64,000 bases of DNA from Bacteroidota bacterium (GCA_018262715.1 JADFDS010000041.1:5697-69696), one strand, 5' to 3'. Counted from the first letter of the stretch, positions 10,220-20,090 are shown. Numbers and translations are program-made. The notes: a model not told the origin generated them from the letters alone.

Positions 10220-10642
10220 TCATTTTTTGCCAAACAGATTGAAGCGGCGCTTTTTTATCTCACGCATCGCCTGCTCTTCCCTGTCGGACCATGGGTCAAT
10301 CATGTTGAGAACCTCGCCCCATCCCGGGAAACCGCCAACGTTCTTGTCATCAATGAAGATATCCACATTGATCTTCCTCGGGGTACCGTCTGTCCACTGT
10401 TCCTCGGGGTAGTTGCGGTTCACGGCATAGAATTCGATTCCGTTCTGACTGCAGTAGTCGACGGCTTCCTGCAACTCCTTACCCTCACGGAAGGTCCACA
10501 TGATGAGCAGCGCCCCCCTCTTCTGAAGCTCCTTCAGAGTGATGAAGGCAAAAAGCTTCTCCTTGCCGATGGCGGGGTACTCATGATCAACAATGGTGCC
10601 GTCAAAGTCAACTGCTATTTTTATGTTAGTCAGGTCTCTCAT
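10220..10642 (-). CDS. Small HAD-fold-like hydrolase family protein (uncharacterised)
   Basis: N-terminal IAVDFDGTIV (DxDGT nucleophile motif) and a later FIDDK. 140 aa. Confidence 0.45.
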   Translation of the reverse strand: MRDLTNIKIAVDFDGTIVDHEYPAIGKEKLFAFITLKELQKRGALLIMWTFREGKELQEAVDYCSQNGIEFYAVNRNYPEEQWTDGTPRKINVDIFIDDKNVGGFPGWGEVLNMIDPWSDREEQAMREIKKRRFNLFGKK

Positions 10643-10714
10643 AATCCGAAAGCAAAAATAAACAAATAATAGTTGCCACTATTATTGTAATTTAGCGATG
10701 CCACAAAAAGAGTT

Positions 10715-11431
10715 ATGATAAGACATATCCCGAACACCCTTACCCTTCTGAACCTGATGTGTGGTTTTGCCGCAACAGTCTGCGCCATAAAAGGTTATAA
10801 TGATTATGCATCATACTGTATCATGACCGGAATGGTCCTTGATTTTTCAGATGGTTTTGCGGCGAGGCTGCTGAAGGCATATTCCGCCCTGGGAAAAGAC
10901 CTGGACAGCCTTGCTGATATGGTCACCTTCGGGATCGCTCCCGGTTCCATCGTATTCAACCTCCTTACTGCAGGAGGCATGACTGACCTGAAAGCCTTTG
11001 CAGTTGCAGTCATCGTACCTGCGGCCTCGGCGCTGAGGCTTGCAAAGTTCAACAATGACCCGGGCCAGTCATCATCATTCAGGGGATTGGCCACACCGGC
11101 AAGTGCCTTCACGGTGGTCTCGGTGGCGCTTGCCGCTGCATGGACTGACTGCCGCATTTACGACACGATGACCGGATCACCCCTGTTCATCAGCCTCCTG
11201 GCTCTTTTCCTGTCGGTAATGATGCTGCTGAATGCACGGATGTTTTCACTCAAGTTCACCAGCCTGAAATGGAAGGGAAATGAGGAGCGCCTCATCTTCG
11301 TAGCGGTGAGTCTCCTGCTGCTTGCTGTGTTCAGGATCACGGCGCTGCCGATGATAATGGCCGCCTATATCCTCATTTCATTCATTTTCCCCATCGCTGC
11401 CGGCAGGAGGACATCCTCCGGCGTCATGTAG
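10715..11431 (+). CDS. pssA: CDP-diacylglycerol--serine O-phosphatidyltransferase
   Basis: Complete CDP-alcohol phosphatidyltransferase motif D-x2-DG-x2-AR-x8-G-x3-D-x3-D (LDFSDGFAARLLKAYSALGKDLDSLAD). Polytopic membrane protein. Confidence 0.8.
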   Translation: MIRHIPNTLTLLNLMCGFAATVCAIKGYNDYASYCIMTGMVLDFSDGFAARLLKAYSALGKDLDSLADMVTFGIAPGSIVFNLLTAGGMTDLKAFAVAVIVPAASALRLAKFNNDPGQSSSFRGLATPASAFTVVSVALAAAWTDCRIYDTMTGSPLFISLLALFLSVMMLLNARMFSLKFTSLKWKGNEERLIFVAVSLLLLAVFRITALPMIMAAYILISFIFPIAAGRRTSSGVM

Positions 11432-12508
11432 CTTTTTTATCACCACATCCTGGCACCGGATGGATTCCTCATGAATCATCCGGATCACTTTGCCCACAAA
11501 CTCACTGTCAAGGCCCTCGCTGATGCCATGCTGTGTCCTCGACTCCAGAATCTCCAGCCATCGCTCGAGCTGGAAGACGGTTACGCCGCTGCGGCACTTG
11601 TACTCTCCCATCTCCTCTGATATGCGCATCCTCGAGGCGAGCAGTCCGATCAGCTGATGGTCAATGGAATCTATCCTGTTGCGCAGTTCCTCGAGATGAT
11701 TGATGAACCCGATATCTCCGCTGGTGGATGAACGGAAGAGCAGGCTTCCCATCATCTTATCAAATTCGTCAGGAGTAAGCTGCTGCTCCTTATCGCTCAG
11801 CGCACGGGCAGGGTCATGGTGCACCTCAATCATCAGTCCCGCCATGTTCATGTCAAGCGCTTTCTGTGCCGTCTCCGGTACCAGGCTTGCCTTCCCCGAC
11901 ATGTGGCTGGGATCACAGATCACAGGAAGGGATGGTATCCGGCTCCGGAGCTCAATTGCCAGCTCCCACTTTGGAAGATTGCGGTAGCGGCTTTTATCGT
12001 AGGGAGTGAATCCCCTGTGAATTGCTGCTATCTTGCGGATTCCTGCGCTGTATACTCTCTCGATGGCTCCCACCCACAGATCCAGGTCAGGGCTGAGCGG
12101 GTTCTTGACCATCACGGGCATATCTGTCCCCCGAAGGGCTGCAGCGATAGCGTCAACGCTGAACGGGTTCGACACTGTTCGTGCCCCGAGCCACACCGCA
12201 TCAACGCCTGCCTCAATGGCAGCACGGGCATGCTCAGGTGATGCCACCTCCACCGCCACAGGGAGCCCCGTCTCCGCCTTTACCCTGCGGAGCCACTCCA
12301 GCGCCCTGAATCCCTCACCCGTGAATGAAGAGGGCCTTGAACGCGGTTTCCATAATCCGGCCCTCAGCAGATGAACCCTGCCGGTGGCCTTCAGCGCCCT
12401 GGCCGTGGCCATTAGCTGTTCCTCGCTCTCGGCGCTGCACGGTCCGGCAATTATCAGAGGCCCTTCGCCAAAACCCCACGATCCCGTCTGCACTATATCC
12501 ATTGACAC
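11378..12508 (-). CDS. Bifunctional 3-deoxy-7-phosphoheptulonate synthase (type I-beta) / chorismate mutase
   Basis: KDO8P/DAHP synthase I-beta-like TIM barrel (IIAGPCSAESEEQ.. ; VICDPSH) followed by a C-terminal AroQ-like chorismate mutase segment (LEELRNRIDSIDHQLIGLLASRMRISEEMGEYK). This fusion order is known from Porphyromonas. Confidence 0.8.
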   Translation of the reverse strand: MSMDIVQTGSWGFGEGPLIIAGPCSAESEEQLMATARALKATGRVHLLRAGLWKPRSRPSSFTGEGFRALEWLRRVKAETGLPVAVEVASPEHARAAIEAGVDAVWLGARTVSNPFSVDAIAAALRGTDMPVMVKNPLSPDLDLWVGAIERVYSAGIRKIAAIHRGFTPYDKSRYRNLPKWELAIELRSRIPSLPVICDPSHMSGKASLVPETAQKALDMNMAGLMIEVHHDPARALSDKEQQLTPDEFDKMMGSLLFRSSTSGDIGFINHLEELRNRIDSIDHQLIGLLASRMRISEEMGEYKCRSGVTVFQLERWLEILESRTQHGISEGLDSEFVGKVIRMIHEESIRCQDVVIKKLHDAGGCPPAGSDGENE

Positions 12509-12530
12509 TTCCGCGACAATATTTAAAAAA

Positions 12531-13661
12531 TCAGTATGTGTGATCCTCTCCGGCCAGTTCCTCCCTGGTTATCCGGCTGCGGTTGATCGAGCTCCAGGCA
12601 TACCATATGTACGCCACCACAAACGGTATGATGAACGAAACGTACATCATCGTCTTCAGGGTGAAGTAACTCGATGATGCCTTAGCCAGCGTCAGTGAAC
12701 TGTCAGGGTCGGCAGATGAGGGATAGAAGGCTGTCTCTCCGTAGCCTGCCATCAGGAACAGGGCAATTACCACCGGCACCGTTCCGAAACCGGCATACCA
12801 TATTGCTCTTCGCGAACCCCTGAAGATGCCCAGCCAGAGCGCTACAAGGACCAGCACCACTCCTCCCGTGAAGAAAACCAGGGTGAAGACGTTGCCAACC
12901 AGGTTATGCAGGTAATGATATTTTACAAGTGTTACCTCTCCGGTGACAGGATCAGCCCTGTAACCTTTCCCGAGGAGAATAGCCGCGACAAACGCAAGGA
13001 AGAAGACCAGGAACGGAATGGCATTTCTCACCAGCGCCTTCTTTAATGATGCTGTCAGCTCCTTATCATCGATGCTGTTTTCAAGGTACATCAGTCCCAG
13101 CACCCTGGCCAGGAACAGCACCGCTAGTCCAAGCAGCAGGTTGACAGGGTTGATCAGTGCTTCCAGGCCATGCCAGCCTGAGCCCCACTGCACCCTGTTG
13201 AAAAGGTCGAGGGTGAAGTCAGAGCCTGTGAAGAATGTGGCCACGGCCACTCCGATAAGGAACGGGCCCAGGCAGCCGTTGATGAAGAGGAAGGTGTCAA
13301 AGACGCGTGTGCCGTAGACGTTTGCAGGCTTGGAGCGGTACTCGTAGGCAACCGCCTGTATGATAAAGCTGAACAGGATCGCCATCCAAACCCAGTATGC
13401 GCCTCCGAAGCTGGTTGCATAGAACAGCGGGAAAGAGGCAAAGAAGGCGCCACCGAATGTCACCAGGGTGGTGAAGGTGAACTCCCACTTCCGGCCGAGG
13501 GAGTTGACTACCATCTTCCGCTGCAAGTCGTTTCGCGGAAGCGAGAAAATAAACGACTGTCCTCCCTGAACGAACATGAGGAAGACGAGAAGGCCGCCGA
13601 GAAGTGAAATAATCAGCCACCAGTACTCACGCAGGAACAAATAAGATATCTGCAATGTCAT
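12531..13661 (-). CDS. cydB: Cytochrome bd ubiquinol/menaquinol oxidase subunit II
   Basis: Polytopic 376-aa protein directly downstream of cydA, with CydB-like sequence. Confidence 0.88.
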   Translation of the reverse strand: MTLQISYLFLREYWWLIISLLGGLLVFLMFVQGGQSFIFSLPRNDLQRKMVVNSLGRKWEFTFTTLVTFGGAFFASFPLFYATSFGGAYWVWMAILFSFIIQAVAYEYRSKPANVYGTRVFDTFLFINGCLGPFLIGVAVATFFTGSDFTLDLFNRVQWGSGWHGLEALINPVNLLLGLAVLFLARVLGLMYLENSIDDKELTASLKKALVRNAIPFLVFFLAFVAAILLGKGYRADPVTGEVTLVKYHYLHNLVGNVFTLVFFTGGVVLVLVALWLGIFRGSRRAIWYAGFGTVPVVIALFLMAGYGETAFYPSSADPDSSLTLAKASSSYFTLKTMMYVSFIIPFVVAYIWYAWSSINRSRITREELAGEDHTY

Positions 13662-13673
13662 AATCCTTTCCTC

Positions 13674-15230
13674 CTAATGTTTTGGTCCGGTTTTTATCTG
13701 TCTTACCATAATTGAAATCTCTGCGATCAGCAGGGCGGTGAACAGCACTGCAAAGAGCCAGAATGTTGTCTGGACAGCGCCCGCACTGATATTTGACACG
13801 GCCACATGAACAGGCATCAGGTTCTGTATAATCCAGGGCTGCCGTCCCATCTCGGTGACTATCCAGCCGAGTTCACTGGCCAGGTAAGCCAGCGGGATTG
13901 AGAAGAGGGCTATCCAGAGGAACCAGGGATTCCTCTCCAGGGTCTTTCTTCGGTGGAACCAGATGGCAAGCACAAAAAGCAGGATAAAGAAGAAGCCCAG
14001 GCCCACCATCACCCTGAAGGCATAGAACGTCACCGGAACAGAAGGTATGACCTGCCATGGATGATCAAAATAGCTGTACCCGAAATACCTGAAGTAGTTT
14101 TCGGTGAAATCCTTCTCTTCAAATTTGGCTGCCAGCGATGCCATTGATTCAGTGTCCCCGAGTTCCTTTGCCATCTTGTAGTCGATAAGCACCTGCCTTG
14201 CGTAGCGTCCTCTTTCCATCATTTCGCTGACAGACAGAATACCTCTCTCAGGATTGCCGTCAATCAGGTCCCTGAGGCCGGGGACGTAGCCTTCGCCCTT
14301 GCCGGTTGTCATGATTGAGAGCAGTTTGGGGATCTCAATCTTCAGTTTCATGTCATGTACCTTCTTTTCGCCGATCCGTTCGCCGCTGTCAGTAAGTGCG
14401 CCGATAACCGTGAGGCCTGCGTCGGTTTTTCCCTCATACAGAGCCTCCATTGCGGCAAATTTAACCGGCTGTACCTGTGCCAGTGTCCGTGCCGAAGAGT
14501 CTCCCGTCAGCGCCACTGCCAGTCCTGACACCAGGCCGAATATGCCTGCAATAAGTATACTCTTTCGTGCCAGTTCCTGCTCTCTCTTCCTTATCAGGAA
14601 CCATGCGCTTATGCCCACAACAAATACCGATGCCAGGACAAATCCTGATGTCACCGTGTGGAGGAATTTGTCTATTGCAACAGGATTGAAGACCACTTCG
14701 CGGAAGCTGTTCATCTCATTTCGGGCGGTATCAGGATTGAATACCATGCCAACCGGGTTTTCCATCCATGCATTGGCAACCAGGATCCAGAGGGCTGAAA
14801 GGTTCGCGCCTATGGCGACGAGCCAGGTGGAGGCCAGATGGAATTTTTTGCTCACCTTGTTCCAGCCGAAGAACATGACAGCCACGAAGGTCGATTCGAG
14901 GAAGAAGGCCAGTATGCCTTCTACAGCCAGCGGCGCCCCGAAGATGTCGCCCACAAACCAGGAATAGTTCGACCAGTTGGTGCCGAATTCAAATTCAAGT
15001 ATGATGCCGGTGGCCACCCCGATGGCGAAGTTGATGCCGAAGAGTGTCATCCAGAACTTTGTTATCTTCTTCCACATCTCATCACCGGTGCGCACATAGA
15101 GAGTCTCCATGAAGGCAAGGATGAATGAAAGGCCGAGCGTCAGAGGTACGAAGAGCCAGTGATAGATTGCTGTCAGTGCGAACTGAGCCCTCGACCAGTT
15201 TACTAGTGACAGGTCAAAGTTTTCAATCAT
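13674..15230 (-). CDS. cydA: Cytochrome bd oxidase subunit I
   Basis: N-terminal SRAQFALTAIYHWLFVPLTLG and Q-loop region, then GWIVTEMGRQPW near the C-terminus. These are hallmark CydA motifs. Confidence 0.93.
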   Translation of the reverse strand: MIENFDLSLVNWSRAQFALTAIYHWLFVPLTLGLSFILAFMETLYVRTGDEMWKKITKFWMTLFGINFAIGVATGIILEFEFGTNWSNYSWFVGDIFGAPLAVEGILAFFLESTFVAVMFFGWNKVSKKFHLASTWLVAIGANLSALWILVANAWMENPVGMVFNPDTARNEMNSFREVVFNPVAIDKFLHTVTSGFVLASVFVVGISAWFLIRKREQELARKSILIAGIFGLVSGLAVALTGDSSARTLAQVQPVKFAAMEALYEGKTDAGLTVIGALTDSGERIGEKKVHDMKLKIEIPKLLSIMTTGKGEGYVPGLRDLIDGNPERGILSVSEMMERGRYARQVLIDYKMAKELGDTESMASLAAKFEEKDFTENYFRYFGYSYFDHPWQVIPSVPVTFYAFRVMVGLGFFFILLFVLAIWFHRRKTLERNPWFLWIALFSIPLAYLASELGWIVTEMGRQPWIIQNLMPVHVAVSNISAGAVQTTFWLFAVLFTALLIAEISIMVRQIKTGPKH

Positions 15231-15234
15231 ATTG

Positions 15235-15462
15235 TCAGTTATTTCCGGTTAGTTGTTCAAGTACATAATCACCCCTATCCCTGTCATTGCTGAAATTAAC
15301 CTTCAGAAAATCAGGGAAGAAGAATATCCTGAGTATTAAAAACATGATGAAGAGCTTGACAAGGATGATGATCCAGACCTTTTTCCCCCACCATGACATG
15401 GTCCGGAAACCATCATAATAGAATCTGAATATCCTGTTGAGTGTTTTGCCTGCACTATCCAT
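15235..15462 (-). CDS. DUF4492 small membrane protein (cydAB-associated)
   Basis: 75 aa (FYYDGFRTMSWWGKKVWIIILVKLFIMF). Sits immediately upstream of cydA, as in other Bacteroidota. Its ATG shares 1 nt with the stop of the upstream gene (TAATG). Confidence 0.6.
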   Translation of the reverse strand: MDSAGKTLNRIFRFYYDGFRTMSWWGKKVWIIILVKLFIMFLILRIFFFPDFLKVNFSNDRDRGDYVLEQLTGNN

Positions 15463-16598
15463 TATGCCTCCGGTTCTGTTTCCCTGTTCTCTTTTCCCAG
15501 GCCCGATGTAATCTTTCTCACCGGCCCGAAGTTATAGAAGAACTCGCGGGCGAAGACCCTGAGTGCGGTATATGCCGGCACTGCCAGAATCATTCCGGTG
15601 ATTCCTGCAAAGCTGCCAACGGCGAAGATGACCAGGAAGATCTCAATCGGGTGGGCATTGACGCTTCGCGAATAGATCATCGGCTGGATAAGGTTGTTAT
15701 CAATGATCTGGGTACAGGCGATGACGATAACCATATAGATTATCAGCAGCCAGATCACAGGATAACCTGTTGTGGTCACCGCGGTGGCCACACCCATGAG
15801 AACTGCAACGGAACCTCCGAGCCAGGGGCCGACATAGGGAATGATGTTGAAGATCCCTATCAGCAGGCCCATCACCAGTGCCTGGTGGAACGGGAAACCG
15901 ACAATGGTCATCCCGATGGTGATGTTGATAAGCACCACGGTGCTCTGAAGAATGATACCTATAAAATACCTGATAAGCAGTTTCTTGATTGAATGAAGTA
16001 CATTCCTGATCCGCTTTTCATACTGGTCCGGCACCATCACCATGATCGTCTCCTTGAACAGCCCCTCATCCTTGAGGAAGAAGAATGCGAGGAAGGTAAT
16101 AGCCACGAAGGCGACGATGAGCTTGCGCAATACGGTGACAATATTTCCGGCAAAATCGGTAATGGAGGCCGGATTTAGAATGTTGGTTATTGTGGTGACC
16201 GCTATGTCATAAAGGGTTTTGTCAGCCGGCATATCCCTGTATACCTTTCTCAATGCCGTATCAAGCTTGTCAAGCTGGTCACGGAGACCCTGTACAATGG
16301 AACCGGCGTCAAAACCTGAAAGGGCATCAATCTGACTGCTCACCAGCGGGATGAAGATGACAAAGAACAGTGCAAGGAGCCCATACAGCATCAGAAGAGT
16401 CAGCAGCGAGCTGAGTGCCTTCGGAAACCTGAATTTCCAGATACGGATACCATTCAGCAGATCAACCACCGGCCTGCCAATGAGTGAGATCACCCCGGCA
16501 GCAAGAACATAGGCTATTATGTTCCTGAAATACCAGAAAAGATAAACCAGCAACGCCAGTCCTATAATAATGAGGATATTACGCAGGGTAGTATTCAT
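15462..16598 (-). CDS. AI-2E family transporter (PerM-like permease)
   Basis: 378-aa polytopic protein whose C-terminal half has the typical AI-2E/UPF0118 pattern (..IIPYVGPWLG.. ; ..VNAHPIEIFLVIFA..). Confidence 0.7.
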   Translation of the reverse strand: MNTTLRNILIIIGLALLVYLFWYFRNIIAYVLAAGVISLIGRPVVDLLNGIRIWKFRFPKALSSLLTLLMLYGLLALFFVIFIPLVSSQIDALSGFDAGSIVQGLRDQLDKLDTALRKVYRDMPADKTLYDIAVTTITNILNPASITDFAGNIVTVLRKLIVAFVAITFLAFFFLKDEGLFKETIMVMVPDQYEKRIRNVLHSIKKLLIRYFIGIILQSTVVLINITIGMTIVGFPFHQALVMGLLIGIFNIIPYVGPWLGGSVAVLMGVATAVTTTGYPVIWLLIIYMVIVIACTQIIDNNLIQPMIYSRSVNAHPIEIFLVIFAVGSFAGITGMILAVPAYTALRVFAREFFYNFGPVRKITSGLGKENRETEPEA

Positions 16599-16834
16599 TT
16601 TTCAACAGGTCTCAGGTAATTGGTTTTCCGTACTTCACCGTGCGGATTAAACACTGCAATTTCAAAATTAGGAATAATTCCCGGTTTAACAACCTGATCT
16701 TATAAAATGCCAATATGTCATGACTTATTTTTGATTTTGTGCCATTATGGCACCATTTTAAGAGCGGCACATGAATTGAAATAATGAGGGTGTAAATGCA
16801 AATAAAGTTTAACAATATAAAAAAGGAGGTTGCT

Positions 16835-17263
16835 ATGTTACCAATGATTACCAGGAGGAATTACAAGCCGCTTACGTTGTCGGATTTCCTCAATGAAGAT
16901 TTCTTCCCCACATTTGCCAGGTCGTCAACCAGTCTGCCTGCAGTGAATATCAGGGAAGATGAGAAGGCGTTTTATCTTGAGCTTGCCGTTCCCGGCATGG
17001 AGAAGAAGGACCTGAAGATTGAAGTGAAGGATGATGTTCTCACCATTTCTGCCGAGCAGAAGGAGGAGAAGCAGGAAGATCTTGAGGGATACAGGCGCAG
17101 GGAGTTCAGTTACAGCTCATTCTGCCGCAGTTTCTACCTGCCTGAGGATGTCAGCGGTGAAAGGATCGGTGCCACCTATAAGGATGGTATCCTGAATGTT
17201 GAGATACCCAAGCTTGAAGAAGAGAAGAAGAAGGAAAAGATCAGGACAATCTCAATCTCATAA
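16835..17263 (+). CDS. Hsp20/alpha-crystallin family small heat-shock protein
   Basis: Alpha-crystallin domain (PAVNIREDEKAFYLELAVPGMEKKDLKIEV..LTISAE..GILNVEIPK). I chose the ATG at 16835 because AAGGAGG lies 6 nt upstream. The listed ORF start 16796 is an alternative. Confidence 0.88.
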   Translation: MLPMITRRNYKPLTLSDFLNEDFFPTFARSSTSLPAVNIREDEKAFYLELAVPGMEKKDLKIEVKDDVLTISAEQKEEKQEDLEGYRRREFSYSSFCRSFYLPEDVSGERIGATYKDGILNVEIPKLEEEKKKEKIRTISIS

Positions 17264-17290
17264 TTTGCACGATCCTTCATACATGCACGT

Positions 17291-17315
17291 AGCGCCGGGT
17301 CTCAGACCCGGCGCT
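17291..17315. terminator. GC-rich hairpin between the convergent hsp20 and flavodiiron genes
   Basis: AGCGCCGGGTC-tca-GACCCGGCGCT, a perfect 11-bp stem. No clear T-tract, so it is not a canonical intrinsic terminator. Confidence 0.4.
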
Positions 17316-17341
17316 AACGTATGTATATTCCAAATATCCGG

Positions 17342-18568
17342 TTATACAGGAGATGTCAATGCCCTGCCAAACCGTTCACCATATTCCATGAGCGTTTTTT
17401 CCTTTCCATCCTCGGGTACAAACTTGAAGGCGGCAGGTTCTTCGAAATATTTCAGTTTCAGGTTCTTCAGCATCTCTGCAATCAGTGATGGCGCCTCTCC
17501 GCTCCATCCGTATGATCCAAAGGAGCCGGCCAGCTTTCCCCTGTCACGCAACGGGCTGACAACGGCCATGAGCCTGTAGACCGGCAGGAGGGTATTTTGG
17601 TTGATGGTAGGCGATCCGACAATGACACCGTCTGCTATGGTAAGCTTCGAGTCCATCTCTCCGATATCAGCCGTCTCAATGTCCAGCACCTCCACCTCCA
17701 GGTTATCTGCCTTTGAAGCGCCTGCAGCTATCAGTCTGGCCATCTCTGCTGTGTATCCGTATGCCGAGACGTAGGTTATCAGTAATCTCTTCATGCCTGA
17801 CCTCTCGGTAAGGGCAACATACTCTTCGGACAGACGGCGGGTTTCATCAACGATATTCTTCCAGTTCTTCCTGAGGACAGGGCCATGGCCGGTGGCAATC
17901 ATTGAGATGTCAAGCGGTCGTATCTTCTCTATGGCTTTGATCATGAACTTGCTGTAAGGCTTCAGGATCACGTCGAAATAATACCTGAAATCAGCATGAT
18001 AATCACCCACGAGATCGTCAAACAGGTCTTCATGGCAGTAATGCGCCCCGAATGAATCACATGTAAACAGGATCTTATCTTCCACAATGTAGGTATAGAT
18101 GCTGTCAGGCCAGTGAAGGTTAGGGGCCGAGATGAACTTCAGTGTCTTGTTGCCCAGGTCAAGCGTATCACCGTCTTTCACGATCAGTGATTTGAAAGGC
18201 CTGTTTACTATGTCACCGAGATACCTTATTGCGTTGCCGCTCCCAACCACCACTGCATCGGGAGCCAGATCCAGCAACTGGCGCATGGCGCCGGAATGGT
18301 CGGGCTCGGTATGATCAAGAACTATGTATGCAAGTTCAGCGGGATCAGTGACCTTCCGGAGCTTACTGAGAAAGACATCACTGAACTTTTCCTTGGCTGT
18401 CTCAATAATGGTCTTTTTTTCAGCATTGATGAAATAGGTGTTGTAGGTCGTACCGTGATCGGTATGCATCACGATATCAAAAGTCCTGATGTCATAATCA
18501 AGCACTCCAATCCATTTCACATCAGGGGTAAGATCAATTATACGGTTGTCTGCTTTCATTTTTATCAT
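17342..18568 (-). CDS. Flavodiiron protein (FprA-type A flavoprotein, O2/NO reductase)
   Basis: Metallo-beta-lactamase-like di-iron domain (VLDHTEPDHSG) plus a C-terminal flavodoxin domain (LLITYVSAYGYTAEMA). 408 aa. Confidence 0.85.
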   Translation of the reverse strand: MIKMKADNRIIDLTPDVKWIGVLDYDIRTFDIVMHTDHGTTYNTYFINAEKKTIIETAKEKFSDVFLSKLRKVTDPAELAYIVLDHTEPDHSGAMRQLLDLAPDAVVVGSGNAIRYLGDIVNRPFKSLIVKDGDTLDLGNKTLKFISAPNLHWPDSIYTYIVEDKILFTCDSFGAHYCHEDLFDDLVGDYHADFRYYFDVILKPYSKFMIKAIEKIRPLDISMIATGHGPVLRKNWKNIVDETRRLSEEYVALTERSGMKRLLITYVSAYGYTAEMARLIAAGASKADNLEVEVLDIETADIGEMDSKLTIADGVIVGSPTINQNTLLPVYRLMAVVSPLRDRGKLAGSFGSYGWSGEAPSLIAEMLKNLKLKYFEEPAAFKFVPEDGKEKTLMEYGERFGRALTSPV

Positions 18569-18571
18569 TCA

Positions 18572-19246
18572 TTAAATAACACTTGCAAGGATTGTTCTGC
18601 TGGCCCTTACCTGTTCGAACATCTGTACGTCTACCACCGTTCCGGTGGGAAGGAAGATATCAACGCGTGAGCCAAACTTGATGAATCCCAGTTCATCGCC
18701 CTGGTGCACCTTATCTCCCTTTTTCGAGTAGGTCACGATACGGCGGGCCACGGCACCTGCCACCTGCCTGACAAGAATTTCAGTGCCGCTTTCACTTGAA
18801 ACAACCACGCTGCTCCTTTCGTTCAGTTCGGAAGATTTGGGGCTTCGGGCATGGAATTTCCTGCCTGGCTGGTAGTGTGTCCAGATAACAGTCCCTGAAA
18901 TTGGATACCTGTTACTGTGCATGTTGAAGGGCGACATGAATATTGATATCTGAAGGCGGTTATCCCTGAAATACTCCTTTTCATATGTCTCCTCAATAAC
19001 CACAATTTTACCGTCAGCCGGCGCATAGATGAGAAGAGGGTCGGGCTCAAGCGGCCTGGCCGGTGCCCTGAAAAACATCACGATGAAGACGAACAGGAGG
19101 AATGACGCCAAAAGGGCCAGCCAGTGATAGATCGTCGGGCCGGGCCATACCATCCATCCGGCGATATTCAGGGCAGCCAGCCCAAGAAGCACCCCTCCAA
19201 TTATCTTGTAACCCTCCCTGTGTATCCTGAATTTTCCGATAGTCAT
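18572..19246 (-). CDS. psd: Phosphatidylserine decarboxylase proenzyme (short type)
   Basis: C-terminal GDELGFIKFGSRVD, a G-S self-cleavage motif. N-terminal TM region. Adjacent to cdsA. Confidence 0.85.
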   Translation of the reverse strand: MTIGKFRIHREGYKIIGGVLLGLAALNIAGWMVWPGPTIYHWLALLASFLLFVFIVMFFRAPARPLEPDPLLIYAPADGKIVVIEETYEKEYFRDNRLQISIFMSPFNMHSNRYPISGTVIWTHYQPGRKFHARSPKSSELNERSSVVVSSESGTEILVRQVAGAVARRIVTYSKKGDKVHQGDELGFIKFGSRVDIFLPTGTVVDVQMFEQVRASRTILASVI

Positions 19247-19247
19247 A

Positions 19248-20090
19248 TCAAAGCATCGTTGCTATGTAAAGATAAACCAGCGGGAATGCCACCACCACGC
19301 TGTCAAACCTGTCAAGAAATCCACCATGCCCCGGCAGAATCGTCCCTGAATCTTTCAATCCTACACTCCGTTTGAGCATCGACTCGAGCAGGTCACCAAA
19401 CGTTCCCCCGACGGAGATGATCAGTGCAATGGCCATCCACCCTTTGGTATCAGCCACCCCGAGCCATCCGGAAAAGAGCCTTGCCACCAGTAATGTCAAT
19501 ATGAAGCCACCGAAGAATCCTTCCCATGATTTCTTTGGTGATATGCGTTCAAACAGCCGGTGCCTGCCAAGTGCGGATCCGACAAGATAGGCGCCGGTAT
19601 CATTTGTCCATAGCAGTAGGAAAAAACCAACCATGATTCCGGGTGAAAAAGCAATGCCTTCCATCGGTATCAGCGGGCTCAGCCCTGTCTGGTTGAAAGC
19701 CGAGAATGGGAACATTGAAAACGGCACGGCGGTGTACAGTATCGAGAAAAAGGTGTGAGCCAGGGAATCAAAAGGCCTTTCGACGTTTCGGAAAAGCTCG
19801 ATGACCATTACGATGCTTATCACCGGGATCATTGCAAGGAACCAGCTTCTCGGCAGCCATCCCAGCGCCACCGTGGTAGAGATGACATAGAGGAGGAATC
19901 CGCTGATTATGCCGGTGATCAGCTGCGGCCGTACCCCGGTACCCCTGACCATTACGTAATACTCGCGCTGTGTGCCGGCGATCATCACTGCTCCGACAAG
20001 GAAGAATGACACAGGGTGGAGCCACAATCCCCCGAGAACGAAAATCACTATGAAGGCACCCGTGACGGTGCGCCTGACAAAATTTGTCAC
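19248..20090 (-). CDS. cdsA: Phosphatidate cytidylyltransferase
   Basis: Signature SMLKRSVGLKDSGTILPGHGGFLDRFDS near the C-terminus. Polytopic. Confidence 0.88.
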   Translation of the reverse strand: MTNFVRRTVTGAFIVIFVLGGLWLHPVSFFLVGAVMIAGTQREYYVMVRGTGVRPQLITGIISGFLLYVISTTVALGWLPRSWFLAMIPVISIVMVIELFRNVERPFDSLAHTFFSILYTAVPFSMFPFSAFNQTGLSPLIPMEGIAFSPGIMVGFFLLLWTNDTGAYLVGSALGRHRLFERISPKKSWEGFFGGFILTLLVARLFSGWLGVADTKGWMAIALIISVGGTFGDLLESMLKRSVGLKDSGTILPGHGGFLDRFDSVVVAFPLVYLYIATML

